A stretch of DNA of 64,000 nucleotides, taken from Narcine bancroftii (Eukaryota). The stretch's first letter is position 1; each line of letters starts with the position of its first letter. A program made the translations under genes and the position numbers. The DNA is taken from contig NC_091470.1 of the NCBI RefSeq assembly GCF_036971445.1, positions 242,110,001 through 242,174,000 on the forward strand. Direction: 5' to 3'. The notes beneath the pieces were generated by a model, which was not told the origin of the DNA, made no database searches, and saw only the letters and a list, made by a program, of their open reading frames with translations. Below are positions 62,161 to 64,000 of this stretch, one piece after another.

Positions 62161-62736
62161 ATGAGAAAGAGTTACAGATTTCCATCCTTGTACAGATTTA
62201 CACAGGGATGTCAAACACAAGTTAACATAGTAGACCTGATTTGACATCCAAACACAAGACATGATAGAAATTATTTGGACTGCAGTGGAAAGAACCTGTC
62301 CATTTTGCCTTGCTTGAAAAGTGGATGCATTGGATATCAAATAAGATCTTGTAACTAATTTATGTCAATATTGTGATCACTTCTACTGAAGAACTTGAAA
62401 ATTGGAAATAATGCAATGTTTTTCTCTTTGGGATGAAATGAAGGAACAGGGATTGTCTTCCCAACTTCACAGCTAGTGTGGGACAGAGCAGCACCAATCC
62501 TGGCAACTCTTCTGCCTTCCTCTAAGTACTGGAGCTTGTGCACATGCTCCCTCTGCTTCATTTAAGTTGAGGGGACCTGGAACTATAAAGGTCGATGCAC
62601 AGAGCAACTGGAGCACAGTATCTTAAATTTCTGGATGGAGATGATGTGAAGAGCAAGACTGTGCAGAATACGAGAGACTGAATTTGAATTTAAAAACAAT
62701 TTGGTTGCATTATAACATTATTAATTTCTGTTTCAG

Positions 62737-62871
62737 ACCTTGTCTGCTCTGGCCAAGCTGATGAAGGAGTGTTGGTACCAGAACCCTTCTGCGCGGCTAA
62801 CTGCGTTACGTATCAAAAAGACTTTGGGGAAAATAAGCAACTCATTAGAGAAAGTGAAAAATGAGTACTAA
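62737..62871 (+). CDS. acvr1l: acvr1l last coding exon (C-terminal kinase lobe and stop)
   Basis: TTTCAG| acceptor. [44 protein letters not shown] then TAA at 62869-62871. Confidence 0.98.
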   Translation, partial: TLSALAKLMKECWYQNPSARLTALRIKKTLGKISNSLEKVKNEY

Positions 62872-64000
62872 TATTTATCACTGTCAACAAATGAGATCTT
62901 TTGGCTACGATGAAGAGCAGATCTCAAACTGCCCATTATTCTGTCTTTACAGTTAAACGTATGGCAGTATCAGAGTGTCAGCAAGGGCACCATGGTTTTG
63001 TGGTAGGCCAATCTCTCAGCCATGGCTGTTCCTCTTGATACAAATAAAATCAGACAATGGTTGCATATTCATTGGCCGTACTCTAATTTGAGTTCTATTT
63101 GGAAGGGGAAGTTTTGCACTAATTTTTTTTTTGCATTGCTGTACAATTATCAAATAGGCTGCAATAGCTCTGACACGTGTATTTATATTCAGTCCGTAAA
63201 AATAGCATGCAGGTTTTCATTCTGAATAGCAAGACATTACAGCTTTATTACAGGAGACACTTAAACCATATAATGGTTATTGGACTTTAAATATAGAGCT
63301 ACAGTGGTCCTTCTGTTTTAATGTGAAAGGAGGACCTATTCACCAGCTAATAGTGGTGGTGCCTTGACACTTGAGATAGTTGTTTGAGGTTAAGTTACGC
63401 AAATGAGCACAGTAGTATGTGTATCATTTTAAAGCTAATGTTCATGCAGATTGTGTGTTTTGCCTTTGGTGCTGTATCCAAGATTTAAAATTATTTTTTA
63501 TATTTTCATCATTAGGAAGTTTTTTGAGTTACAGTTTAGAACTTGTTCTATTTCTTTTATACACAAATATGCCCAGAGACTTGAATGGCCCTCTGATTTT
63601 TCTTGTTCACTACAAGTAACAAAATTATAGTTTGTCTTCATGTAAGTGCTCAATTATTTAACTTAATCATGGTTAAAACACTCCTGCAATTTGTCTTCTT
63701 GAAAAATATTGACCATGGTAAGTAAAGGAAATGATTAATTTCCATCTTGTGCAAAGTGACAGCGCTAATAGGAAGGGACAAGAGTCCACAACCATTTCTT
63801 CCTTTTATAGATGATGGAAAATAAGGAAGGTAGTCATGAATACTTAAAGGAAAAAAATGATCTCATTGATGAGAACTGTTTCCCTGAAATACTGTAATCG
63901 AACACTGATCTGGTCTTCAATGTAATTGTATGCAGCCTGCTGTGTTGCCTTTATTATTGTGTTTTAATTTGTGCAATGGGGCTCACAGCACTCAATGTAT
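62872..64000 (+). other. acvr1l: Probable 3'UTR (end not determined)
   Basis: AT-rich sequence after the stop with no transposon recognised; AATAAA at 63043-63048; TTGCACTA at 63114-63121. Confidence 0.55.

Overview
Vertebrate (not prokaryotic) genomic DNA, most likely an elasmobranch (shark/ray), judged from V-type tRNA SINEs, CR1 LINEs and Penelope-like termini. It holds one host gene on the + strand: a complete 9-coding-exon type I BMP/activin receptor of the ALK2 group (spliced CDS 1509 nt, 502 aa). Its diagnostic residues match acvr1l/alk8 rather than mammalian ACVR1. The gene has a probable CpG-island promoter and non-coding first exon near 15.2-15.4 kb, and a GC-AG intron after the signal-peptide exon. 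Most of the rest is nested transposable elements: a full-length L1 with a 13-bp TSD inserted in an older L1, a young AviRTE-like RTE fragment fused in frame to the L1 RT, two two-LTR Gypsy elements with TSDs, Gypsy fragments and a solo LTR, CR1 and Rex1 LINEs, and Tigger and hAT MITEs. Less routine signals: four apparent local templated insertions (28-333 bp copied from 1-2.4 kb away), a composite hAT element whose arms are themselves mini-MITEs, hammerhead-ribozyme-like cores in Penelope-like foldbacks, and a perfect G-rich minisatellite at a Gypsy polypurine tract. Coordinates were counted by hand, and family names come from recalled motifs, not database searches.
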